The notes below the pieces were generated by a model. It had not been told where the DNA came from, made no database searches, and saw only the letters and a program-made list of their open reading frames with translations. Made by a program: the position numbers and the translations under genes. A DNA stretch of 64,000 nucleotides from a phage. Numbering within the stretch: position 1 is the stretch's first letter; each line of letters opens with the position of its first letter. Of this stretch, positions 22,100 to 32,001 are shown piece after piece. The stretch lies in the NCBI GenBank assembly GCA_012178725.1, contig GCA_012178725.1_3030.1; one strand, written 5' to 3'.

Positions 22100-24364
22100 T
22101 CATAATTTACAGGATGAACAATCTTCAGCTTTTGGAGTTTCTATTTCATAATCATCAGTACCAGAACCATCTCGGGTATTATGATAATAGAAATTTTTTC
22201 CACCAAAGTACCAAAAATACAAAAGGTCATCAATCATTATTGACATTGGAACCTTTCCTTTTGGAAAAATCTGCGGGTCATAATATGTATTTGCTGAAGC
22301 TGATTGACATACCCATTTAAGCATAATAGCTACTTGCGTAAGATAAGGTTTATTACCTTTCTTAGCTAATTTCCATGTATAATCATAGAGGTCTATGTTA
22401 TGCTCAATATTGGGCACGACCTGATTAAAGGAGCCCTCTTTTGATTCTTTAACAGAGACTGGTCCACGTGGAGGCTCGATACCGTTTGTACTGTTAGATA
22501 CCTGACTGGACGATTCACAAGGCATCAACGCGGATAAAGTAGAATTTCTAATTCCATGCTGTTTGAGTTCAGATCGAAGTTCGTCCCAATCACACACGTA
22601 GTTGGGCGCAGCGATTTGGTCAATCTTTTTATTGTACCAGTCGATAGGTAATTCGCCTCGAGACCAACGAGTGTCTGAATAATATTCGCAAGGTCCTTTT
22701 TCTTTGGCGAGCTTAATGGATGCTTTAATGAGTCCATACTGTAATCTCTCAAATAGTTCATGTGTTAAATCGTTAGCATCTTCATAAGAAGCAAAGTTAC
22801 TTGCCAGCCAAGCTGCATAGTTGGTAACACCTACGCCAAGGTTACGACGCTTTTTAGCTTTTTCTGCTTCAGGAACTGGATATCCTTGGTAATCCAACAG
22901 ATTATCAAGAGCACGAACTTGAACTTCTGCCAATTCATTAATTTTATCTTGGTCTTGCCAGTCAAAATTATCTAATACGAATGCAGAGAGAGTACACAAT
23001 CCAATTTCAGCATCAGGACTATTCACATCATTTGTTGGAATAGCAATTTCACAGCACAAGTTACTCTGACGAATAGGTGCCTTTTCACGAATAAACGGAG
23101 TATAGTTATTCGTATTATCAATGAACTGTACATAAATCCTTGCTGTTCCTGAACGTTCAGTCATGAGCAATTCAAATAGTTCACGGGCTTTAATACGCTT
23201 TTTACGAATATTAGGGTCTTTTTCTGCTGCTTCGTATAATTCACGGAAACGGTCTTGGTCTTTAAAATAAGAATAATAAAGCTCTCCACCCATTTCATGC
23301 GGACTGAACAAAGTAATGTAATCGTTCTTTCCGAATCGTTCCATCATCAAATCATTCAGCTGAACACCATAATCCATATGACGAATTCGGTTTTCTTCTA
23401 CGCCTTTGTTATTTTTCAAAACGAGAAGATTTTCAACTTCCAAATGCCAAATAGGATAATAAGCAGTAGCAGCGCCGCCACGAATTCCACCCTGTGAACA
23501 TGATTTAACTGCAGTCTGAAAATGTTTCCAAAAAGGAATAACACCAGTATGGCGTACTTCACCCATGCCAATCTTAGAACCTTCGGCACGAATCATACCA
23601 ACGTTAATACCAATTCCAGCTCGTTTGGAAATATATTCAACAATTGAAGCAGAAGCCTTATTGATAGACTTCAGCGAATCACCTGCCTCAATAACAACAC
23701 ATGAACTAAATTGCCGAGTCGGAGTACGGCAACCAGCCATAATAGGAGTTGGCAATGAAATCTGTCGAGTAGATACTGCTTCATAAAAACGAATAACATG
23801 TTTTAATCTGTCAACAGGTTCATCTTGATGCAATGCCATTCCAATAGTCATAAATGCAAACTGCGGAGTTTCATAAATTTGACCAGTGGTTTTATCTTTA
23901 ACGAGATATTTTTCTTTTAATTGCATCGCCCCGGAATAAGTAAATTCCATATCCCGCTCGTGCTTAATTTTTGATTCTAAAAATGTAATTTCTTCTGCTG
24001 AATATTTTGACAACAATTCAGGGTCATATTTACCTTCATTTACGCAGTAAGAAATATGGTCAATAAATGAACGCGGTTCATATTGTCCGTAAACATGCTT
24101 ACGAAGAGCAAACATTAAACAGCGTGCAGCTACGTATTGATAATCAGGCTCTTCAACTGAAATAGAATTCGCAGCAGCCTTAATGACAATAGTCTGAATG
24201 TCATCAGTTGTCATTCCATCACGGAGATAAGATTTAATATTTTCATATAATTCATAAGGATCTACTGATGTTCCCTCAGCTGCCCAAGATAAAACTTTAA
24301 TAATTTTTTGTGGGTCAAAGCTCTGAGAAACACCACTACTTTTGATAACATTAATTAATTGCAT
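22100..24364 (-). CDS. nrdA: ribonucleotide reductase alpha subunit
   Basis: 754 aa; ATP-cone N-terminus, catalytic Cys and C-terminal CSSCKL tail. Confidence 0.95.
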   Translation of the reverse strand: MQLINVIKSSGVSQSFDPQKIIKVLSWAAEGTSVDPYELYENIKSYLRDGMTTDDIQTIVIKAAANSISVEEPDYQYVAARCLMFALRKHVYGQYEPRSFIDHISYCVNEGKYDPELLSKYSAEEITFLESKIKHERDMEFTYSGAMQLKEKYLVKDKTTGQIYETPQFAFMTIGMALHQDEPVDRLKHVIRFYEAVSTRQISLPTPIMAGCRTPTRQFSSCVVIEAGDSLKSINKASASIVEYISKRAGIGINVGMIRAEGSKIGMGEVRHTGVIPFWKHFQTAVKSCSQGGIRGGAATAYYPIWHLEVENLLVLKNNKGVEENRIRHMDYGVQLNDLMMERFGKNDYITLFSPHEMGGELYYSYFKDQDRFRELYEAAEKDPNIRKKRIKARELFELLMTERSGTARIYVQFIDNTNNYTPFIREKAPIRQSNLCCEIAIPTNDVNSPDAEIGLCTLSAFVLDNFDWQDQDKINELAEVQVRALDNLLDYQGYPVPEAEKAKKRRNLGVGVTNYAAWLASNFASYEDANDLTHELFERLQYGLIKASIKLAKEKGPCEYYSDTRWSRGELPIDWYNKKIDQIAAPNYVCDWDELRSELKQHGIRNSTLSALMPCESSSQVSNSTNGIEPPRGPVSVKESKEGSFNQVVPNIEHNIDLYDYTWKLAKKGNKPYLTQVAIMLKWVCQSASANTYYDPQIFPKGKVPMSIMIDDLLYFWYFGGKNFYYHNTRDGSGTDDYEIETPKAEDCSSCKL

Positions 24365-24494
24365 AAGTCCTCAACTTGAAAATCGTCTTTAAACAATCGG
24401 TTAACTATATGAGCTATTATATCACCATGACACGGCTTTGGTTTACATGTGCATCCTAGCCTCATTCCACGTAAAGGCTCTAAATGTGCTTTAG

Positions 24495-24680
24495 TTATTT
24501 CTCCGGATTTAATTCGACGTATAAATCTTTTTTGAATAATTCAATGGCAGCCTCCCGGCTGCCAGCATCTTTACCGACGTAATTTCCCCAAAATGTACCA
24601 CGGTGAATATTAACATCAAAGTCGGATTTATATTTATTCACTACCCGACATAGACGGCCCGCGCGGTGATAATTCGGCAT
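24495..24680 (-). CDS. hypothetical small protein
   Basis: 61 aa ORF between td and nrdA. Confidence 0.4.
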   Translation of the reverse strand: MPNYHRAGRLCRVVNKYKSDFDVNIHRGTFWGNYVGKDAGSREAAIELFKKDLYVELNPEK

Positions 24681-24897
24681 ATTGTTTTTCCGTTAAAACA
24701 GTAATATCATAATAACAGTCAGAAGAAATTTTAATGGTGGAAACTTTATTATCAAAATACTCACGGGTCATTTTATGAGTATAATATTTTTTGCCATAAA
24801 TGATAATAGGCTGATTTGGTCCTGGAACTTCTAACTCGCTTGGGTTAGGAAGTGTAAAAAGAACTGCACCAGAAGTATCTTTAAATCGTAAAATCAT
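24634..24897 (-). CDS. hypothetical small protein
   Basis: 87 aa ORF between td and nrdA, overlaps previous ORF in another frame. Confidence 0.4.
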   Translation of the reverse strand: MILRFKDTSGAVLFTLPNPSELEVPGPNQPIIIYGKKYYTHKMTREYFDNKVSTIKISSDCYYDITVLTEKQYAELSPRGPSMSGSE

Positions 24898-24920
24898 AAA
24901 TCCTCACAATTAAATTAAAA

Positions 24921-25780
24921 TTACACCGCCATCTTTCCTTTAATTGGCGGGTGAGATACATAGTCGTTAAGAACAAAATTATGCGGCTTTGCGAATTGAC
25001 TCAACCAAAATACCTGTGATTCTGTGTCCCATTCATCAAATTCATCTGGGAATTTTAATTGTAATTCGCATAAATCCATAGGTTCACGACGCAAAATTTC
25101 TTTACATTGTTCTACGTGATTCATATAGATATGAGTATTACCGCCAGAAAATATCAAATCTCCCGGAATAAGATTACATATCTTAGCTACAATATGAACT
25201 AACGCAGCATATGATGCAATATTAAATGGAAGACCGAGGAAAACATCTACTGATCGTTGATACCACTGAAGGTCAAGGTATCCATTACGAACATTAAATT
25301 GATAGAACATATGACAAGGTGGTAATGCCATCTGCTTGAGTTCAGTTGGATTCCATGCTGAAATAATTTGACGCCTATCATTTGGCAGTTTTTTAATACG
25401 ATCAATAACTTCTATAATTTGGTCTACACCACCAAAATCACGCCACTGTTTTCCATAAATTGGACCAAGTTCACCGCTATGGTATCCTAAATCTTTTGCT
25501 TGATTTTCGTAATTTTCATCCCAGACTGTTTTGCCTTGAATTAATGAATCATGTTGAATTAATCGCAAATCATTGACATTTGTGCTTCCTGATAAAAACC
25601 ATATTAGCTCAGCAATGCATGCATTCCAGGCGAGCTTTTTAGTTGTTACTGCAGGAAAACCTTTGGTTAAATCCCAACGCAATTTAGTACCGAACAAAGC
25701 AATTGTTCCTGTGCCCGTTCGGTCATCGGTTTCATAGCCATTTTCAAAAATGTCTTTAATTAAATCTTGGTATTGTTTCA

Positions 25781-25781
<1 letters not shown>
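24921..25781 (-). CDS. td: thymidylate synthase, uninterrupted
   Basis: 286 aa from MKQYQDLIKDI; conserved ThyA core (PPCH motif); no intron. Confidence 0.95.
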
Positions 25782-26809
<1,028 letters not shown>

Positions 26810-26825
<16 letters not shown>

Positions 26826-27169
26826 TGAAAAGAGCTAGAAGCAAATCCGCTATCTTTAATCATTTTAACTAAAGTTACCATTCCTCTGTTAACTGCTTGT
26901 GCGATTTCATCAAAAACTTCATCACTATCACCATAAAGATCACTAAAAAGTTCTAACACGTTCTTCTGAACTTTTAATTTACAGCCAACAAATTCGCCTA
27001 CAGTAAATTCGTTTCCGCCAATTCCAGCGTAAAACGTAATTACACCAGTTAATGGTCTTTCACTAGAACATAGGTCGTGTGATAAATTAATATAAGCCGT
27101 CCCGGGTGCAGTTTTAAGTTGGCAACGAATACTTACTCGAGCAATTCCAGCTACACGAATGTCAGACAT
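26810..27169 (-). CDS. hypothetical protein
   Basis: 119 aa ORF. Confidence 0.45.
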
Positions 27170-27179
27170 AATATTTTCC

Positions 27180-27422
27180 TCAAACAGACTTTTTCACAAT
27201 TTTCCAATCAGTTTTAAACTGATCGACGTCAGAATGATAAATCCAGAATCCTGCGCTTTCTCCATCTTCATAAAGAGGACATCCATCGCATTCATCTTCC
27301 CATCCCATATCACGTAAAAGATGTTCAGCTTTTTCAACGAGCTCAGAATCTTTACCGATGATATTAAAATACCATTTACCTCTAACTTCTGAATCTTTGA
27401 TGCTCTGACGTTGTAATCTCAT
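27180..27422 (-). CDS. hypothetical protein
   Basis: 80 aa ORF. Confidence 0.45.
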   Translation of the reverse strand: MRLQRQSIKDSEVRGKWYFNIIGKDSELVEKAEHLLRDMGWEDECDGCPLYEDGESAGFWIYHSDVDQFKTDWKIVKKSV

Positions 27423-27457
27423 TTTATTCTCCAGTTATTTGGTAACTCAGTATGGGA

Positions 27458-27490
27458 CCATTATATCATAGCCCCATTTAGTTGTACACT
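27458..27490 (-). promoter_or_regulatory. T4-type early promoter
   Basis: GTGTAC ... TGATATAAT on minus strand. Confidence 0.45.
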
Positions 27491-27495
27491 ACTTT

Positions 27496-27873
27496 TTACT
27501 GAATATCAAAAGTTGCTTTAATCAGTGCAATGACTTCTGCCGCATTTTTATGATTTACCTGTACATGAATGGTTTGAGTATCATCAACATCATCAGAAGC
27601 ATCGCTATCAACTTCCAGGAAGTGACAGAATTCCCATTCAGCGAGTTCAAAGTACTCATCATCATCACTCATACTATTCAGGATGGTGCCATCTTTCATT
27701 TCAACTTTTTCAACAAAATAATCACCTTCAATATAACACATATCCAGGACTTTGAAGGAACTGCCATGTTGTTCCATCAACTTGACCATGCACGAATTAG
27801 CATCAGGATTACCAGCGATGAATCGTTTTTTTGCAGCAGGGTCTAATACGTAAAATTTACCAGTTTCCATCAT
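27496..27873 (-). CDS. hypothetical acidic protein, paralog of 27932-28312
   Basis: 125 aa; shares architecture and C-terminal motif with neighbour. Confidence 0.5.
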   Translation of the reverse strand: MMETGKFYVLDPAAKKRFIAGNPDANSCMVKLMEQHGSSFKVLDMCYIEGDYFVEKVEMKDGTILNSMSDDDEYFELAEWEFCHFLEVDSDASDDVDDTQTIHVQVNHKNAAEVIALIKATFDIQ

Positions 27874-27899
27874 TTTAATTTCCTCATGTAGTTGATAAG

Positions 27900-27934
27900 G
27901 CTATAGTATCATTACCATAGCCCGTTGTAAACTA
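27900..27934 (-). promoter_or_regulatory. T4-type early promoter
   Basis: GTTTAC, 17 nt spacer, ATACTATAG on minus strand. Confidence 0.5.
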
Positions 27935-28312
27935 CTTTTTGAAAGTTTTTCGCAAAAGTTCAATGATTTCATCTACATTGTTTTCGTCAACAATGCAGTG
28001 AATTTTTGTTACGCCAGAAACCGGGTCTTTGACTTCATCTTTTTCAGAAGTCGGTTCTTTATACTCACGAAAACAATGAAATTCGTCTTCGCAAATTTCT
28101 AAAAGTCTATCTTTGAGGTAAAAATGTTTTCCATTTGCGCATTCAATGTGTTTTACTGCTTTATATCCATTAGCGACGGAAACTTCTTTAACTTCAAACC
28201 ATCCGCCATTCTCTCGAATGGCTTTAACTATTGATGAATTAGAACGTGGGCTATAATTAATAAATGTATCAATAAGTCTTGGAACAAGTTCATACTTTCT
28301 ACCAGTATACAT
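27932..28312 (-). CDS. hypothetical protein, paralog of 27496-27873
   Basis: 126 aa. Confidence 0.5.
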   Translation of the reverse strand: MYTGRKYELVPRLIDTFINYSPRSNSSIVKAIRENGGWFEVKEVSVANGYKAVKHIECANGKHFYLKDRLLEICEDEFHCFREYKEPTSEKDEVKDPVSGVTKIHCIVDENNVDEIIELLRKTFKK

Positions 28313-28330
28313 AATGTTTCCTCATTTTAA

Positions 28331-28346
28331 TAGGGGCTTGATAGCC
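28331..28346 (-). other. intergenic hairpin
   Basis: GGGGCT-TGAT-AGCCCC immediately after stop of ORF 28356-28646. Confidence 0.4.
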
Positions 28347-28355
28347 CCTTAATAA

Positions 28356-28646
28356 TTATTGTTCGATCAGTCCCATGTAAAATTCTGCGTCTTCAGAATC
28401 CATGCCATCGCAATATTCATTAGCCATAAAGCGGGTGAGGTCTTCAAGAGGACCTTCAATAACGATTTGAATACTCCAAAACTTAGAATCTTGTACGCTT
28501 GTGATACTAAGTTCAGGATAACGATTACGAATAATTTCTTCGATATATTCAAAATCAACGATGTCAATATCAACTTTAGCCATATTATTTTCCTCTTTAA
28601 TTATTAGCAGTATTGCCGATAGTTTTATAGTACCATGGAAGGACAA
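28356..28646 (-). CDS. hypothetical acidic protein
   Basis: 96 aa ORF. Confidence 0.45.
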   Translation of the reverse strand: MSFHGTIKLSAILLIIKEENNMAKVDIDIVDFEYIEEIIRNRYPELSITSVQDSKFWSIQIVIEGPLEDLTRFMANEYCDGMDSEDAEFYMGLIEQ

Positions 28647-28658
28647 GGATGTAAACAG
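28622..28658 (-). promoter_or_regulatory. T4-type early promoter with A/T-rich upstream element
   Basis: GTTTAC ... TGGTACTATAAAA on minus strand; upstream AAAATTTTTCACAAAAC shared with 45301-45330. Confidence 0.5.
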
Positions 28659-28671
28659 TTTTGTGAAAAAT

Positions 28672-28705
28672 TTTTAAAATAAAAAAGGGGACCCTAGAGG
28701 TCCCC
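28672..28705 (-). terminator. rho-independent terminator downstream of gene 32
   Basis: GGGGACC-UCUAG-GGUCCCC followed by UUUUUUAUUUU on minus strand. Confidence 0.7.
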
Positions 28706-28727
28706 AATTAATTAGTAATATAATCTA

Positions 28728-29636
28728 TTAAAGGTCATTCAAAAGGTCATCCAGGTCCGTGTCATCAGCACTAGATGAACTGCCAGAGCTTGAGCTCATA
28801 AAATCATCTTCAGTTTTTGTATTGAAGTCATCAACATTGAATGCATCCAAATCATCAGCAACTTTATCAGCTTTCTTAGCAGCAGTTGCAGCGGCACCGC
28901 CCATCACAGCAGTTCCCATAACTTGACCGAATTTAGTGCTCAGTTCTTCAAATGATTTGAATTTATCTTTAGAAGTCATTTCAGAAAGGTCAACCATTTG
29001 TTCGAACAGTTCTTTCTGGAAAGATTCATCGTCAATGTTTGGAATAGCAGATTGATTCAGGAATTTAGATTCATCGTAGTTACTAAATCCAGAAACCTGT
29101 TTAACTTTCAGTACAAAGTTAGCACCTTCCCACGGACAAGTTACATCAACCGGAGTTTCACCCATTTCAACATCAACCGCAATCATCGCGTTGATTTTAT
29201 CCCAGATTTTCTTACCGAAACGATATTTAAATACTTTACCTTCATTTTCTGGAGCAGCTGGGTCTTTTACTACAAGAATGTTAGCCCAGTAAGAAGTTTT
29301 ACGTTTAACAAGACCGTACTCTTTATTGTCAGTGTTGTACAAATCATTTTTACTGATGTACTGACATACTGGACAAGAATCGTAATCACCGTAGGTAGAT
29401 GAGCATGTTTCGATATACCATTTACCATTTTTCTTGAAACCGTGATTTACAAGAAGTGCGAATGGTGCTTGTTCATCATTTTTAGACGGAAGAAAACGAA
29501 TTACTGCTTGACCGTTACCCGCATTGTCGAGTTTCAGTTTCCACTCGCCTTTATCTTCAGAAGAAAAACCACCTTTATTTCCAGCCAGTTTAGCCATTTG
29601 CGCAGCGAGTTCAGCAGTAGATTTACGTTTAAACAT
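28728..29636 (-). CDS. 32: single-stranded DNA-binding protein gp32
   Basis: 302 aa; zinc-binding Cys/His cluster; acidic Ser/Asp-rich C-terminal tail. Confidence 0.95.
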   Translation of the reverse strand: MFKRKSTAELAAQMAKLAGNKGGFSSEDKGEWKLKLDNAGNGQAVIRFLPSKNDEQAPFALLVNHGFKKNGKWYIETCSSTYGDYDSCPVCQYISKNDLYNTDNKEYGLVKRKTSYWANILVVKDPAAPENEGKVFKYRFGKKIWDKINAMIAVDVEMGETPVDVTCPWEGANFVLKVKQVSGFSNYDESKFLNQSAIPNIDDESFQKELFEQMVDLSEMTSKDKFKSFEELSTKFGQVMGTAVMGGAAATAAKKADKVADDLDAFNVDDFNTKTEDDFMSSSSGSSSSADDTDLDDLLNDL

Positions 29637-29715
29637 TTTTATTTCCTTTTTAATTTAATTAACAGTTGGTGCTATGACGATGTATGACCTCATAGCTGGT
29701 CAGTGAGATAATTAT
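29637..29715 (-). promoter_or_regulatory. gene 32 5' leader (autoregulatory translational operator region)
   Basis: A/U-rich UUAAAUUAAA repeats directly upstream of ATG on the minus strand, preceded by structured sequence, as described for T4 gene 32. Confidence 0.45.
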
Positions 29716-29719
29716 AATC

Positions 29720-29727
29720 TATTTATA
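29720..29727 (-). promoter_or_regulatory. late promoter TATAAATA upstream of gene 32
   Basis: Exact TATAAATA on minus strand about 85 nt upstream of gene 32 ATG. Confidence 0.4.
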
Positions 29728-29735
29728 ATAAGCAA

Positions 29736-30389
29736 TTAATACTTACAAGATTTCACAGTTTCAATGAAAACATTTTTAGCTTTCTGTGAATCAATATTTA
29801 AAATTTTTCTATAAGCCTTTAACTTTATAGAATAATTATTCCAGACTAAATTATCAGTCTGTTCATCGTGTTTATCAATTATATTTAAAAACGAATCAAG
29901 CAAGATAAACGTCTCAAACGAAATTATGTTCGATTGCAGAAGTTTAAAAATATAACTTGACTGAACCTTTGGATTATATTCAAAGATTTCTTTAAAAGCA
30001 GAAACTTCAACTTTTTTACTAAAATAGTAAATGTTGCGAATATCTTCTTCAAACTTAAATTTAATTTGCTTTAAGCGTCCGATATATTCACGATAAAACA
30101 CAAGTGCATCAGCGTCAGAGATGTCACCAATCCAAGCATCTTGGTTAGCAACCAAATTGCTTATAAAGATTAAAGCAAGTTCCTTTAATTTATATTTTTC
30201 TGATAACTTCTGGAAAAAATACTTATCCCTTCGCTTTTGATAAGCGGCATCAGACACCCGCATGCACCAGTTATACTTAATAACATCATACTTTCCATTC
30301 ATATGCTGTTTTATCATTAAGTATAATTTATAAACTGATTTACCATCAATGTATCTTTCACCACCAGCAGGCATGCGGAGTTTAATCAT
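29736..30389 (-). CDS. 59: gp59 helicase-loading protein
   Basis: 217 aa; basic; synteny 32-59-33. Confidence 0.9.
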   Translation of the reverse strand: MIKLRMPAGGERYIDGKSVYKLYLMIKQHMNGKYDVIKYNWCMRVSDAAYQKRRDKYFFQKLSEKYKLKELALIFISNLVANQDAWIGDISDADALVFYREYIGRLKQIKFKFEEDIRNIYYFSKKVEVSAFKEIFEYNPKVQSSYIFKLLQSNIISFETFILLDSFLNIIDKHDEQTDNLVWNNYSIKLKAYRKILNIDSQKAKNVFIETVKSCKY

Positions 30390-30733
30390 AGTAGAAAATC
30401 TAATGTATTAGTTTTTTCACAACGAACAACAGAAGGACGTAAAAGATTTTCGTCAATGGCTTCTGACTGAATTTTTTCAATTATACCCGAAGGAATAAAT
30501 TTAGCAAATTGAGTTTCAGGAATAGAATTTTCTTCTAAGAATGCTGTTGTAGCTTCAAGATAACTCATTCCAAACTCTTCTACCATTTTTTCAATAATAA
30601 ATCCGTTTTCTTGACGATCAAGAAGCTTTGCTATTTCATCCTTTTCTTTCTTGATTGAAAGTTCTTTTTCTGAAAGACCGGTCTCATCGACCGGACGAAT
30701 ATCATTTAGAGAAAACTGTGTCATAAAGTTCAA
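30386..30733 (-). CDS. 33: gp33 late-transcription co-activator
   Basis: 115 aa acidic protein; overlaps gp59 start by 4 nt. Confidence 0.8.
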   Translation of the reverse strand: MNFMTQFSLNDIRPVDETGLSEKELSIKKEKDEIAKLLDRQENGFIIEKMVEEFGMSYLEATTAFLEENSIPETQFAKFIPSGIIEKIQSEAIDENLLRPSVVRCEKTNTLDFLL

Positions 30734-30971
30734 CTACCTCTTCGGTTTCAGCTTCAAACACATCACGGTTATCTTTATGATACAAAGCTAATAGACGATT
30801 AAACATCTTACCATCAACGCCAAGTTCATCTTTGGCACGAATTCGAATATCTTTAATCAGTTCATTATAACCGGAAATTTTCAGTTTATGATCAGATGCT
30901 TCTTTAATAAATTTAGCCAAGTCTTCGCCGTGGATAGCTTCATCAAATTCAACCATTTCTTTTTTAGCCAT
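30702..30971 (-). CDS. dsbA: DsbA double-stranded DNA-binding protein
   Basis: 89 aa; position between rnh and 33. Confidence 0.8.
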   Translation of the reverse strand: MAKKEMVEFDEAIHGEDLAKFIKEASDHKLKISGYNELIKDIRIRAKDELGVDGKMFNRLLALYHKDNRDVFEAETEEVVELYDTVFSK

Positions 30972-30979
30972 TATTCACC

Positions 30980-31897
30980 TCAAAATTCATTAATGCTATT
31001 AGTTAATTTAGAAAGACCCGCTTTTACAAAATATGAATAAATTTTGCCACGCGGTGGTAATTTATATGAATTATAGTAATTCACAATGTTTGAAGCAATA
31101 TTATCAGGAATATAATCAAAATCAATTAAAACTAAATTTTCTTTATAACGATTATATTCAGATTCTGTGAGAAGCACCTTAGCTTGCTCACGGTCATTAG
31201 CAATAGCTTCAACGATTGAAGTTTTCATTGAAGGAGTTCGTTCACCTTCAACTCTAGTAAACCAAAAGTCAGATCGTACTTTAACTGAAGCAACGTTATC
31301 CTTTTTGTCGCCTTTAAGGATTTTAGTCATACAGTCAATTTCAGCAGAACCGCTTTTAATTTTAACCCATTTCTTATGCATCGGTGACCATTGCTTAACA
31401 TTTGGATATTTGTGAAGCTGAGTGAAGTCACCATCCGATGAAATGATCAAAATCTTATGTCCTTCTAAAGAGAACTTTTTAACAAGAACAGCAATGTGGT
31501 CATCTGCTTCATACTTATCAATATCCATAACAATGTATGGCATATAAGCTTTCAATTCATCTATAACTTTATGACTGGATTCAAAATAACCTTCCCAGTC
31601 CCAAGTAGATTCTTCTCGTGCTTTTCCACGGTTTTTCTTGTAATAATACGCGAAATCACGACGCCAGTATCCAGATTTCGCGTTATCAATACACAGTACA
31701 ATTTTAGTGTATCCAAGCGTTTTTGCTTTTTTGACATTAAACTTAATTGAGTTCAATATCAAATGACGAACCATTGATAAATTAATTTTTTCTTTATCTG
31801 GGAAGTTTACCAGAGCAGTTGAAAGCGCAATTTGACTAAAGTCAATAAAGCAAATTCCTTCTTTGTAATCTTCATCCAGCATCATTTCTAAATCCAT
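30980..31897 (-). CDS. rnh: RNase H (5'-3' exonuclease / flap endonuclease)
   Basis: 305 aa from MDLEMM; FEN-family acidic clusters (ISSDGDF). Confidence 0.9.
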   Translation of the reverse strand: MDLEMMLDEDYKEGICFIDFSQIALSTALVNFPDKEKINLSMVRHLILNSIKFNVKKAKTLGYTKIVLCIDNAKSGYWRRDFAYYYKKNRGKAREESTWDWEGYFESSHKVIDELKAYMPYIVMDIDKYEADDHIAVLVKKFSLEGHKILIISSDGDFTQLHKYPNVKQWSPMHKKWVKIKSGSAEIDCMTKILKGDKKDNVASVKVRSDFWFTRVEGERTPSMKTSIVEAIANDREQAKVLLTESEYNRYKENLVLIDFDYIPDNIASNIVNYYNSYKLPPRGKIYSYFVKAGLSKLTNSINEF

Positions 31898-31927
31898 ATG
31901 AACCTCGTTCAATTAGTGAGATTTCTA

Positions 31928-31958
31928 TTATATACCATCCAAATCTTAAAGTAAACAA
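31928..31958 (-). promoter_or_regulatory. T4-type early promoter for rnh
   Basis: GTTTAC ... GGTATATAAT on minus strand in divergent region. Confidence 0.5.
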
Positions 31959-31959
31959 G

Positions 31960-31967
31960 TATAAATA
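31960..31967 (+). promoter_or_regulatory. late promoter TATAAATA for gene 34
   Basis: Exact TATAAATA 34 nt upstream of gene 34 ATG. Confidence 0.65.
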
Positions 31968-32001
31968 CTTATTATTGAAAACACAATAGGAGCCCGGGAG
32001 A

